DNA of 42,500 nt from a virus (lineage: Duplodnaviria > Caudoviricetes), in the IMG/VR virus record IMGVR_UViG_3300038415_000202, positions 1 through 42,500 of that record. One strand, given 5' to 3'. Position numbers and translations under genes: made by a program. The notes under the pieces are model-generated. The model saw only the letters and a program-made list of their open reading frames with translations, was not told the DNA's origin and searched no databases. Shown piece by piece: positions 1 through 8,305 of this stretch (its first letter is position 1; every line of letters begins with the position of its first letter).

Positions 1-1
1 G

Positions 2-139
2 ACACCTACTCCAACGCCGACACCTACTCCAACGCCGACACCAACACCCACATCTACACCTACGCCGACACCAACATCTACTCCCACGCCTACTCCAACA
101 CCTACACCAACACCTTCACCAACACCTACTCCTACACCT
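2..139 (+). repeat. Low-complexity (Thr-Pro)n coding repeat
   Basis: ACN-CCN hexamer iterations with varied third positions. Confidence 0.9.
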
Positions 140-301
140 AGTCCTTTTAATAAATCTATTCTGGTAGCTGTAGGATTAGTATGGATTTGCATTTGTTTAC
201 TCTTTATACTAGCAAATGTAGAAGAAGGAATATTTATTCTAATAATCCTGGCACTACTTACTATAGTAGGTATAGCAGTAATTGTTCCACTAATTACTTA
301 G
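2..301 (+). CDS. 3' end of a membrane-anchored protein (Pro/Thr linker then two hydrophobic helices); 5' truncated by window edge
   Basis: Manual translation from position 2: TPTPTPTP...PSPFNKSILVAVGLVWICICLLFILANVEEGIFILIILALLTIVGIAVIVPLIT, stop TAG at 299-301. Confidence 0.8.
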   Translation, partial: TPTPTPTPTPTPTPTPTSTPTPTPTSTPTPTPTPTPTPSPTPTPTPSPFNKSILVAVGLVWICICLLFILANVEEGIFILIILALLTIVGIAVIVPLIT

Positions 302-330
302 TAGTAAGATAGATTTTACCAGTTAGTAAG

Positions 331-363
331 AAAGGAGTAGACAATCTACTCCTTTTTACTTTT
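331..363 (+). terminator. Rho-independent terminator
   Basis: AAAGGAGTAGA-CAA-TCTACTCCTTT perfect hairpin running into a T tract, 30 nt after the stop of the plus-strand gene. Confidence 0.8.
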
Positions 364-597
364 CCTTATATTTTTGCACGAATCGAATTTCGATATAAAA
401 CCACGTTCAAAAATGACATAGAACGCATTGATTCTTTGAAAATCTGCATATTGAATTACTAACGTGTGAATTTACACTTGCAAACAATTTAACTGTGGAA
501 TTTTTAAATTGTGGAGGTTGACATAATTAAAATGAGGTAATGCAAGGAGATAAAGAACTCTAATTAAAGTGCGGACTTTGAAGGTGGTTAGTAGCTA

Positions 598-864
598 CTA
601 TCTATATTTCTCTGGAATTATACATCTTCTAGCCCATTGGAAGAGAATGGTAGAAGAAAACCTGTCTGGGTGGACTACCTCTAAAGTTAGAGTAGAAGAG
701 CAAAGTGTACATCGTGCGGTTCTCCAATTCAACCACTCCAATGTAGCTCTGTGTCTACATCGTGCAGATTGACAATTTGAGTTGGGACAGGTTTTAGAGT
801 GGATACAGGTTGAGTTATCCTCATATGGTACTGGAACGTATGAGGGGTGAGTATTTTCTACCAT
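598..864 (-). CDS. Cys-rich hypothetical protein
   Basis: Starts 3 nt after the polB stop on the same strand; several Cys clusters. Confidence 0.5.
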   Translation of the reverse strand: MVENTHPSYVPVPYEDNSTCIHSKTCPNSNCQSARCRHRATLEWLNWRTARCTLCSSTLTLEVVHPDRFSSTILFQWARRCIIPEKYR

Positions 865-867
865 ATA

Positions 868-2553
868 CTATTTCTCCTCAATCTCAATTCTACTTTCCTT
901 GACAGTCACTACAAGTGGTCTAGTGTCTCTTCCATCCAAAATGCGGTTTTCTAACTGATGGTCTCCTCGTACCCTTCTAGGAATATTCTCCTTATTCAAA
1001 CCTTGTTCATTAAGTATGTCTGCCCAATTACCAATAGGTTTAGTATTATAGGCAACATCTTTACCCTTTAGCATTTCTTTGAAGTCATACTCAGTTAACC
1101 TGAAATCCCTGAAACCTGCTGCCCTCTGCCTCAGAATACCTTTAGTATCAATGTAGCCGTATAATTTACCTCTAATGAAATAAGCTCTTTGCGCTTTATC
1201 TACAAGTTGTAATTCTCCTGCCTTTAGCCCTAAAGGTAATTCTGCATTGGTATATATAGAATCAGTATCACAGTAATAAGGGTCCGACTTTAATAAGAAG
1301 TCAAGGTGCCTTACTCTTGCCATTGCTCTTATTCTCATTGCTACTGCTGGTTTGCAATAAGGGGCCTTGTTACCTGGTAGGTAAACTGATTTCTTATGAT
1401 ATACCTCACTTGAGTCGATAGGAGTATATCCTTCAAAGTCTTCTATATCTTCTGAATGGGCAATCTCTTCTCTCCATCTGTGTTGCCCAAATTTTCCGCT
1501 TACTCTTATACCTAAGAGCTTATATAACTTACCTAGTTCTGGATTAGAAGAATACCTTAAGAGAGAAACATACTCACCAAATTCTTTTAATATTGGGTAT
1601 TCATCACATTCTAGTTGCTTTATAAGTTTGACATTTACTCCTACTTCTTCAGCCTTTCTTAATTCTACCATATCCCACCAATCAGGAAATGTACCTACTG
1701 GAAATGCTAAGTGGTTGCCCAATTTATAAGGAAGAGGACCTATCTTCCAGTCTTTAGGAATTTCAACCCAAGCATAACCTATTGAACCTTTTTCTATTTT
1801 AGGCTTTCTCCAAAACATTTCTCCCACAGGTATTGGAGAATCATAGCAAGAGATATACATACTCCTTATATCATAGAGGTTTAAATTTTCACCATACCTT
1901 TTATAAACTTCATTCCTACCTGCGTACATAGCCCTTCTAATAAATGGTTCAAACTTCTCATTGGACTTTATATCTGATACCTTGAAGAAGTTTTTATTGA
2001 AGGCCTTTACAGCGGTAAGAGATAAAGTGGCAGAAGGAGTGACTGCAAATGACCTTATAAGCATTTTGCAGTATTCTTCCATTGCCCTACTAAGAGAAGT
2101 AACATCTCTCTGTAGATATGCACGGAAGGAATCTAACCTATGTTCGAGCTCCCAAATATTCTTTGTAGTACGATGATCCCAATCTAACTTTCTGGGTATA
2201 CCGAATGCCTTGCATAGATTTGCAAGTCCAGTTCCTACTACAAGCATACTATCTTCGAAAGATATTTCCTTATCTGTCCAGGTAACCCTTCCTAAACCTG
2301 CCTCTAGTTTTATCTTCTGCTTATGCTTTATTAAAGAGTCTAGTATAAACTTGTTGTCATATCCCCCAGCATTATGGGCAAAGATTCCCATACCTTCGCA
2401 ATTATCACCGATGTAAGAGAGGAATTCCCATATTACATCAGTATCTTCAGACCTTTTTAGGAACTCAAAATACTTTTCACCATCTGTAAAACCTACGGCT
2501 ATAGGTTCAGTCCAGTCCCTTGCCTCAATATCAAAAGTTGGTACTCCTGTCAT
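868..2553 (-). CDS. Family B DNA polymerase, protein-primed type, with divergent motifs A/B
   Basis: Exo I FDIE, Exo II HNAGGYD, Exo III YLQRD, AGRNE, motif A YDIRSMY, motif B KLLGIRVSGKFGQ, motif C YCDTDS; TPR1-like PLPYK..LAFPVG.F segment. Confidence 0.85.
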   Translation of the reverse strand: MTGVPTFDIEARDWTEPIAVGFTDGEKYFEFLKRSEDTDVIWEFLSYIGDNCEGMGIFAHNAGGYDNKFILDSLIKHKQKIKLEAGLGRVTWTDKEISFEDSMLVVGTGLANLCKAFGIPRKLDWDHRTTKNIWELEHRLDSFRAYLQRDVTSLSRAMEEYCKMLIRSFAVTPSATLSLTAVKAFNKNFFKVSDIKSNEKFEPFIRRAMYAGRNEVYKRYGENLNLYDIRSMYISCYDSPIPVGEMFWRKPKIEKGSIGYAWVEIPKDWKIGPLPYKLGNHLAFPVGTFPDWWDMVELRKAEEVGVNVKLIKQLECDEYPILKEFGEYVSLLRYSSNPELGKLYKLLGIRVSGKFGQHRWREEIAHSEDIEDFEGYTPIDSSEVYHKKSVYLPGNKAPYCKPAVAMRIRAMARVRHLDFLLKSDPYYCDTDSIYTNAELPLGLKAGELQLVDKAQRAYFIRGKLYGYIDTKGILRQRAAGFRDFRLTEYDFKEMLKGKDVAYNTKPIGNWADILNEQGLNKENIPRRVRGDHQLENRILDGRDTRPLVVTVKESRIEIEEK

Positions 2554-2554
2554 A

Positions 2555-2845
2555 CTAATTTACCATTTCTGCATCTTTATAGATTATACCACATTCGTAT
2601 TCCCAATCTTTTTTGGAAAGTTCTACCTGGTTTTGTATAAACAGTTCTGCTAGTCCTACCTTTTCTATTTCAGTACTCTCTTTAGGATAACCAAATCTTT
2701 TAGTAAGTTTAAACCACATACATTTGGTTCCTAGACAATTAACCTCATGTTCGTAGATACTAGATAACCAGGGACATACTTTTCTTTTTGCTTCTTTGAG
2801 TTTCATTTTGTTCTCACTTTCTACTTCTTGCCTGTCTAATAGCAC
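2555..2845 (-). CDS. Hypothetical protein (CPW...C....CMW motif); start probably at the internal Met (MKLKEAK)
   Basis: ORF abutting the polB start. Confidence 0.6.
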   Translation of the reverse strand: MLLDRQEVESENKMKLKEAKRKVCPWLSSIYEHEVNCLGTKCMWFKLTKRFGYPKESTEIEKVGLAELFIQNQVELSKKDWEYECGIIYKDAEMVN

Positions 2846-2937
2846 TTTTTAATTCCACAAGTTTTGTTAGTCTCCAAAAGAGACCTTTCCATCCAAATAA
2901 GATCCAAAACTTCTTTACCTTAAAATTCTTCATTATT

Positions 2938-3120
2938 CTACTTCCTTCTAAATACCTTGAAAAAGAAGGTATCTATTAGATAAGTTATACTAATAACTAC
3001 TGAAAGTGAGCCAATAGTATAACCACAACTATCATTGGCAATTACTAGGATAGTCATACCTAAACCTAATAATAGTAAACTAAGTATTGAAAGAATCCAA
3101 GAAGGTAGTCCTAGAAACAT
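2938..3120 (-). CDS. Small two-TM membrane protein
   Basis: Two hydrophobic segments, basic C-terminus, start overlaps upstream stop. Confidence 0.6.
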   Translation of the reverse strand: MFLGLPSWILSILSLLLLGLGMTILVIANDSCGYTIGSLSVVISITYLIDTFFFKVFRRK

Positions 3121-3389
3121 TATTCTATTATTCCTTCATCTTTAAATTCTCCATCAGTAGGACACCAATTTGGGATTCCCCTAAAGATATTGATAGATAT
3201 AGTATGATTCTTCTTAAGGCACACTGGTATATGCCCTCTAGAGAATTTTTCTGAATCTAACCTTAATTTTAGTGATTCACAACCCCAACAGTGATATCGG
3301 GTAGGAACAGGTAATTCTGTAGTAGTAGAAATAGAGGTAGAAGGTATACTTGGTATAGGAATAATTTGGTTCTCACTATTTCCTGTCAT
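3120..3389 (-). CDS. Hypothetical protein, possible Zn-binding (CxxC...C...PNWCP)
   Basis: ORF in operon context. Confidence 0.6.
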   Translation of the reverse strand: MTGNSENQIIPIPSIPSTSISTTTELPVPTRYHCWGCESLKLRLDSEKFSRGHIPVCLKKNHTISINIFRGIPNWCPTDGEFKDEGIIE

Positions 3390-3396
3390 TCTCTTC

Positions 3397-3579
3397 TTAC
3401 TCCATCTCTGCCCGTTGCTGAAGTTCTTTAAGTTCCTTTACAGTCATTTCTGGAAACTTTTTAACAAGTCTCTGAAAGGAGGATATTGTAAAATGTCCTA
3501 TGAAGAATTCTCCTCCACCACAGTGACGGATATCACAGATAACCCAAGGAATACTTAGGTAAGTTGTGTCTTCTTCCAT
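3397..3579 (-). CDS. Hypothetical protein
   Basis: ORF in operon context with purine-rich RBS. Confidence 0.5.
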   Translation of the reverse strand: MEEDTTYLSIPWVICDIRHCGGGEFFIGHFTISSFQRLVKKFPEMTVKELKELQQRAEME

Positions 3580-3737
3580 TAGGTCTTCCTATCCCTCTTT
3601 AACAGTTTCTTACCTAATCTTTTTATAACAGGCTCCTTCTTAGTTATTGCCTTTTCTGCCTGCATTTCCAAAGATGCCATACAATACGCCGCAAATATTA
3701 TTAGTGCAATTCCTTCCATTTTAATACCCCTTTACCT

Positions 3738-4115
3738 TTATTTACTTGTATCAGAACAATCAGGAATAGAAGTTAAACTATTCCATACTGCACTGTCCAC
3801 ACTTAATCTAGTTCCATGTTCATCCACTAAATAATAATTTGTGAGAAATGACTTACCAGTACTCATTGTTTCTTTTACTTTGCAGACTGTAATATCAAAA
3901 GGCTTAGAAAATGAGGGGCCTAAAATTGCCAGTACAGATACCCCTAAGCCTATTAGAAGTCCCACTAGCAGCCCTAAACTCCAATGAATAATCCTACTTT
4001 TCCATTTACCCGGTTCTTCACTTGAAGTGGTAATTGTAGAGGATTCTTTAGTACTCTTAATTCCTTTTAGTTTAGACCATATAGACTTTCCATATTTGTC
4101 TGGATATTCAACCAT
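3738..4115 (-). CDS. Single-TM membrane protein
   Basis: Hydrophobic stretch WSLGLLVGLLIGLGVSVLAIL. Confidence 0.65.
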   Translation of the reverse strand: MVEYPDKYGKSIWSKLKGIKSTKESSTITTSSEEPGKWKSRIIHWSLGLLVGLLIGLGVSVLAILGPSFSKPFDITVCKVKETMSTGKSFLTNYYLVDEHGTRLSVDSAVWNSLTSIPDCSDTSK

Positions 4116-4116
4116 A

Positions 4117-4665
4117 CTACGTCAATTTCTCCCCTACTACAGGAATATACCCAGCAGCTACTGCATCTGCCAAGTGTACTATTAATGCGTCATTTCCTTC
4201 CGGTACTGGACTGGACCAGCGCCCCATATGCGACCTAATACACTGTACAATAGGAGGTATAACAGATGGTAGTTTAGTGTCTAAACCTATCTCCTTTGCC
4301 ATCTTCGCAACCCAATCCGCACCTAACTCTGCATGATTATTTAAAGAGTGCTCAGAGGGTTTAGATCCTACTCCATACCGGGCACAGTCATGTAAGAGTA
4401 GTGATACTCTTATTATATCTGGGTTGCAGTTGGGTAACATACTATTATGAAGTCTCTCACCCACATCAAATGCCCTTGCAGTATGTAGTGCTAATCCTCC
4501 AGGCAAATGTTCATCCCTTGGGTGATATTTCCCCGTCGATGACGAGGGTTTCATCCAGAAGTATTCAGGTAACCTATCTAGGCATAGGATAGTGAAGTTT
4601 CCAAGGTCTTCGTCTTTTATTAAATGTGCCCTAGAGTATAGAAGTTCTTCATTCAATTTTACCAT
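4117..4665 (-). CDS. HD-domain phosphohydrolase
   Basis: SSTGKYHP...GGLALHT, LLHDC, HAELG, HMG, HLAD: full H..HD..H..H..D set. Confidence 0.9.
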   Translation of the reverse strand: MVKLNEELLYSRAHLIKDEDLGNFTILCLDRLPEYFWMKPSSSTGKYHPRDEHLPGGLALHTARAFDVGERLHNSMLPNCNPDIIRVSLLLHDCARYGVGSKPSEHSLNNHAELGADWVAKMAKEIGLDTKLPSVIPPIVQCIRSHMGRWSSPVPEGNDALIVHLADAVAAGYIPVVGEKLT

Positions 4666-5076
4666 TTATTCCTCTTTCATCTGTTCCTCAATCAACTTTG
4701 CAATATCTGGATGTACCCAACCTTCTGGTTTAAGTATCTTTCCATTCTTATCTCTTAGTCCACCTGCCTTAAGCATGTTGGCTTCATGTACTTTATCCCA
4801 AATTGGACCTAAATCCACACCAAATGAAACTGCACAACCTATTAAGACATAGATAGAATCAACTATTCCATCTGCTATATCTGCCTCACATAAAGATCTG
4901 TAGCCTGATTCCTCATATAATTTTAAGGCTGGAAGAAGTTCTTTGTTTACTTCCTCATCTATTAATTTATATCTTAACTTAAGTGTCTTTTTGGAAGGTA
5001 AAGTAGGTTTGGTATGACATTCCTGTCCCATTTTGGTTTGGAATTCTACTGTATCTTTTTGCCAATCATTGCCCAT
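4666..5076 (-). CDS. MazG-like / PRA-PH-like all-alpha NTP pyrophosphohydrolase
   Basis: LIDEEVNKEL, DGIVDSIYV, VHEANMLK, GKILKPEGW motifs. Confidence 0.88.
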   Translation of the reverse strand: MGNDWQKDTVEFQTKMGQECHTKPTLPSKKTLKLRYKLIDEEVNKELLPALKLYEESGYRSLCEADIADGIVDSIYVLIGCAVSFGVDLGPIWDKVHEANMLKAGGLRDKNGKILKPEGWVHPDIAKLIEEQMKEE

Positions 5077-5175
5077 TGGATATTTCCTCCTTTAGTACCT
5101 GTCCTACTGCAAGGACCAAGAATATTGCAGTGATTCCAGGCATTAGGAATAGTATAACTATATTAGATAGTATTT

Positions 5176-5826
5176 TCACTCTTCAAGCTCCGGATCCTCT
5201 TTACCTCTTCTATTTTCCTCTTCCCTCTTCTCAACTTCCTTTTCAAGTTCCTTCATTCTAGGTCTGTAGGTTTTCTCTAATACCTTTGACCTTGCTTCAA
5301 AATCCTCTCTATGACCTGACCTTATAGAAATAGTCATCTGAATTACTTTATAAGGTAACTTCTTATTAAGGTAGGGTCCTGGACTAGTTGAATTAAGTAT
5401 ACCTATTATTTCTTCTGCTTTACTGGATAGGAAAGGTTTTGATGCTCCTTCTGGAACTTCCACACTTGTACCCCATATCATAGTATCAGTATCAGGGTTC
5501 TTACCAGCAGTGTACTCTCTAGTTGCAGGTAATTCTTTAGTTCTACCTTTTGCATTAGGATTCATCTCAATAAGGAATCTTCCAAACTTATATCTTTCAT
5601 CTGAGTACCTCTCCGCCTCTGCATATGCTGACATGAGGATTTCATTTACATACTTCTCAAATTTCTGAGGAGTGAGGCCTTTAAACAGAAATTTTATGTC
5701 CACTCCAGAATCTGTTAAGAGGTCACTCCTTTTTACTTGCGTTGGATAGGTTCTGAGTAAGCCTAAGTGGAACAATTCCACCGTTTGTTTCGGGTATTTC
5801 CCTTTTATGTATGGCCGTATGTCCAT
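5176..5826 (-). CDS. Hypothetical protein with charged coiled-coil C-terminus
   Basis: 216-aa ORF; no family recognised. Confidence 0.7.
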   Translation of the reverse strand: MDIRPYIKGKYPKQTVELFHLGLLRTYPTQVKRSDLLTDSGVDIKFLFKGLTPQKFEKYVNEILMSAYAEAERYSDERYKFGRFLIEMNPNAKGRTKELPATREYTAGKNPDTDTMIWGTSVEVPEGASKPFLSSKAEEIIGILNSTSPGPYLNKKLPYKVIQMTISIRSGHREDFEARSKVLEKTYRPRMKELEKEVEKREEENRRGKEDPELEE

Positions 5827-5845
5827 TCCTTTAAAACCTCTCTAT

Positions 5846-6097
5846 TTATTCCTCTATTCCAAATATTTTATTTATCTCTTCCATACATACTGGGCATTGT
5901 CTTACCTTGAAGGATAAATCTCCGTCTAAGTTATGAGAAGGTACAGCACAATTACAACCTAATGTTTGGATAACTAGTTTTGCCTGTTCCTCCAGGAGAC
6001 GTTGACCTAGATTAAGACCACTAGGATTACTTTCTAATTCCTCTTTAGTTATTAACTGTATACTTCCTGGAGTTAGTAGAAAATCTTTCTTTTCCAT
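5846..6097 (-). CDS. Hypothetical protein (CxC...H...CxxC)
   Basis: AGGAGG RBS; operon context. Confidence 0.65.
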   Translation of the reverse strand: MEKKDFLLTPGSIQLITKEELESNPSGLNLGQRLLEEQAKLVIQTLGCNCAVPSHNLDGDLSFKVRQCPVCMEEINKIFGIEE

Positions 6098-6109
6098 TTC
6101 TTCCTCCTT

Positions 6110-6310
6110 TTAGGGTAATTTACTCTCGTCGATTCCCTTGGTATATAACTCAGGATTTTTGCAGTTCCGGTGTTGGATTTTACCATCAGCTCCGAAAAAG
6201 TATTTATGGTGCAATAAGATTGGATAACCACATTTCTGGCAAATCCTCTTGTGTTCATTTCCCCAAGGTTTGTGACAAGTCGGGCAACGGTCTTTAGTTT
6301 GTGGACTCAT
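6110..6310 (-). CDS. Small Zn-finger protein
   Basis: CPTC, CQKC, HxxC; RBS. Confidence 0.65.
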   Translation of the reverse strand: MSPQTKDRCPTCHKPWGNEHKRICQKCGYPILLHHKYFFGADGKIQHRNCKNPELYTKGIDESKLP

Positions 6311-6357
6311 TTCTTCTCCCTTTTAATATTCTTTCTACCTTTAAGTATAGTAATACC

Positions 6358-6624
6358 TTAACTGCCTCTTTTGTTTAGTTCTCTAAGTAATCCTACAATG
6401 CAACCTGCTATAAAGCAAAATACTATTATTCCTACAAATATAGGCCAATGCTCTTTAAAACTTAGGGTAATCCAGAACATAGGTCCAGTTGGGGGATATT
6501 TAGGGTCGATTGATCCAGTTGCACCAAGTTGGTTAACATTAAACATATAACTTCCACCAAACCTCATAAGAAGAACCAAAAGGTTGTAAAGAAACCTGAA
6601 AAATAAATACCCCCACGTAGCCAT
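6358..6624 (-). CDS. Small membrane protein
   Basis: Two hydrophobic segments. Confidence 0.55.
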   Translation of the reverse strand: MATWGYLFFRFLYNLLVLLMRFGGSYMFNVNQLGATGSIDPKYPPTGPMFWITLSFKEHWPIFVGIIVFCFIAGCIVGLLRELNKRGS

Positions 6625-6698
6625 TTAATTGGGTAAGTTAAAAAGGTTATTAAAATAACTATGATGTATATTATTACTATATCCCAAATACTCATTCC

Positions 6699-6914
6699 TT
6701 AATACTCCTCTTGAACTATTATATAATCGAAGTGATATACCATTTTCCAAATCCACTTAAGTTTACTAGATAATCTCTTATCTTTCTTATACTTAAAGGC
6801 TATGTAATCCTTCTCAATCCACTCTTTATTATCAAATATCAACTGCCATAAATAAACAGTTGGTACTACAAATTTAGATACTAGAAACCGCTCAACTTTT
6901 CTTTTGAAGGTCAT
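6699..6914 (-). CDS. Hypothetical protein
   Basis: ATGA overlap with upstream stop. Confidence 0.55.
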   Translation of the reverse strand: MTFKRKVERFLVSKFVVPTVYLWQLIFDNKEWIEKDYIAFKYKKDKRLSSKLKWIWKMVYHFDYIIVQEEY

Positions 6915-7576
6915 TCTTTATCTATACTCCTATTCATTTCATCTTGTAACCTTTTCTGATTACTAACTGGATTTGCCCAAATCTCTTTTATTTTACCTTC
7001 TGCCTTACCATCAGGTAAATACCAAATAGTACAGAATGTAAGAACTGACTTCTCGAATCCATTCCAGATAAAATCAAAGTGCTTTACCATCTCAACAAAT
7101 GGTGCAATAGCATAAGCAAGTAAAGGAACTGTTAGAGAAGGTAACCACAGTATAGAAATAATAACCCAGAAACCATAAGGTATCTTAGTCCATATTACAG
7201 TCTTTCTTTCAAAAGGTAGCCAAGGAAACCTATATACACCTCTTCCTATGAAATAAGTTAGTATGATTAAGTAGATTGTAACTGGCATACCTATTATAAG
7301 TAAATCCCATGTATAGCCTTGGATACCATTTGGATGAGCAGCCCACGATACTCCTATTATTATACCCTGGATTGCTAAGATAAAGAACCCAAGAGAAGCA
7401 GGAAAGCCTATCCAATTACTTTTTCTCTTAGTTTCTAGTTTTTCTCCTTGATAGTATTCTATCTTAATATCATTCCAATCTTTATATCTAGGTTTGTATT
7501 CAAGTACTCCTAGTATTTTCTTAGGTTTCGATACTTCTATTATAGTCATTTCTTCTCCTTCTACTCTAGACTCCAT
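6911..7576 (-). CDS. Multi-pass membrane protein; start probably at the second Met (MTIIEV)
   Basis: Three hydrophobic segments; AGGAG RBS before the second Met. Confidence 0.7.
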   Translation of the reverse strand: MESRVEGEEMTIIEVSKPKKILGVLEYKPRYKDWNDIKIEYYQGEKLETKRKSNWIGFPASLGFFILAIQGIIIGVSWAAHPNGIQGYTWDLLIIGMPVTIYLIILTYFIGRGVYRFPWLPFERKTVIWTKIPYGFWVIISILWLPSLTVPLLAYAIAPFVEMVKHFDFIWNGFEKSVLTFCTIWYLPDGKAEGKIKEIWANPVSNQKRLQDEMNRSIDKE

Positions 7577-7830
7577 AAAATCTTTAATTCTTGTACTGCC
7601 ATACCATCTTTTACAGTAAAGCCTATTAGTAAAGATTTACCTAAAAGGTAGCAAAGACAAACAGAAGCTATTACAGGAAATAAAGACAATCCTATTAATA
7701 TTAAAGGAATAGTTCCAAGAAGGTATATAAAATTAAGGAATACCCAAATAAATAGAGGTAGTTTTGTCCAACCTGTTCCATCTTTTTCAAAAGGAAGAGG
7801 CCATTCTTTTCTTTCCTTTCCAGTGGTCAT
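7561..7830 (-). CDS. Membrane protein
   Basis: Long hydrophobic core; AGGAG RBS. Confidence 0.6.
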   Translation of the reverse strand: MTTGKERKEWPLPFEKDGTGWTKLPLFIWVFLNFIYLLGTIPLILIGLSLFPVIASVCLCYLLGKSLLIGFTVKDGMAVQELKILWSLE

Positions 7831-7894
7831 TTCTTCTCCTTACCAAATTTAATACTATTCCAGTAAAGCTATTCTATACCTAGTAGTTCCTTTT

Positions 7895-8305
7895 CTAACT
7901 ACCAAATCCACATGCTATAATACCTATTAACAAAATTGGAGCAAAGAAAACCATTATGGTTGCTACTGGTCTAGAGGACCCATGCCAAACACTTCCCTGT
8001 AATCCATAAGGAACAAAAGCCCACTGAGAGCTACCAGAAACTATGAAGTCATAAGTAAGATCAACTGAGGTACTATTCTCCTGAATAATATCTATTCTTG
8101 GACTTTGGTAGTCTGAACGGTCGCTAATTAGTTCACTTGTTTTTATTCCTTGATATTCAGTTGGGGTTAGAATCGCTTCTCCTTTATATAAAGTGGCATT
8201 ATCCCAATTAAGTCCCCATATACAAAATAGGGATACTCCTATATAAGTAATCAGTATTAGTATTAATAATCTTGTTCCGTACTTCTTCTTCTTCTTCATT
8301 TCCAA
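7895..8305 (-). CDS. Membrane protein with N- and C-terminal TM helices
   Basis: Basic N-terminus then TM; C-terminal TM. Confidence 0.65.
   Translation of the reverse strand: MEMKKKKKYGTRLLILILITYIGVSLFCIWGLNWDNATLYKGEAILTPTEYQGIKTSELISDRSDYQSPRIDIIQENSTSVDLTYDFIVSGSSQWAFVPYGLQGSVWHGSSRPVATIMVFFAPILLIGIIACGFGS

Noticed and set aside
518-546. TTGACA as a rightward promoter for ORF 569-772
   Set aside because: No acceptable -10 at 16-18 nt spacing, and the ORF overlaps a better-placed minus-strand ORF.
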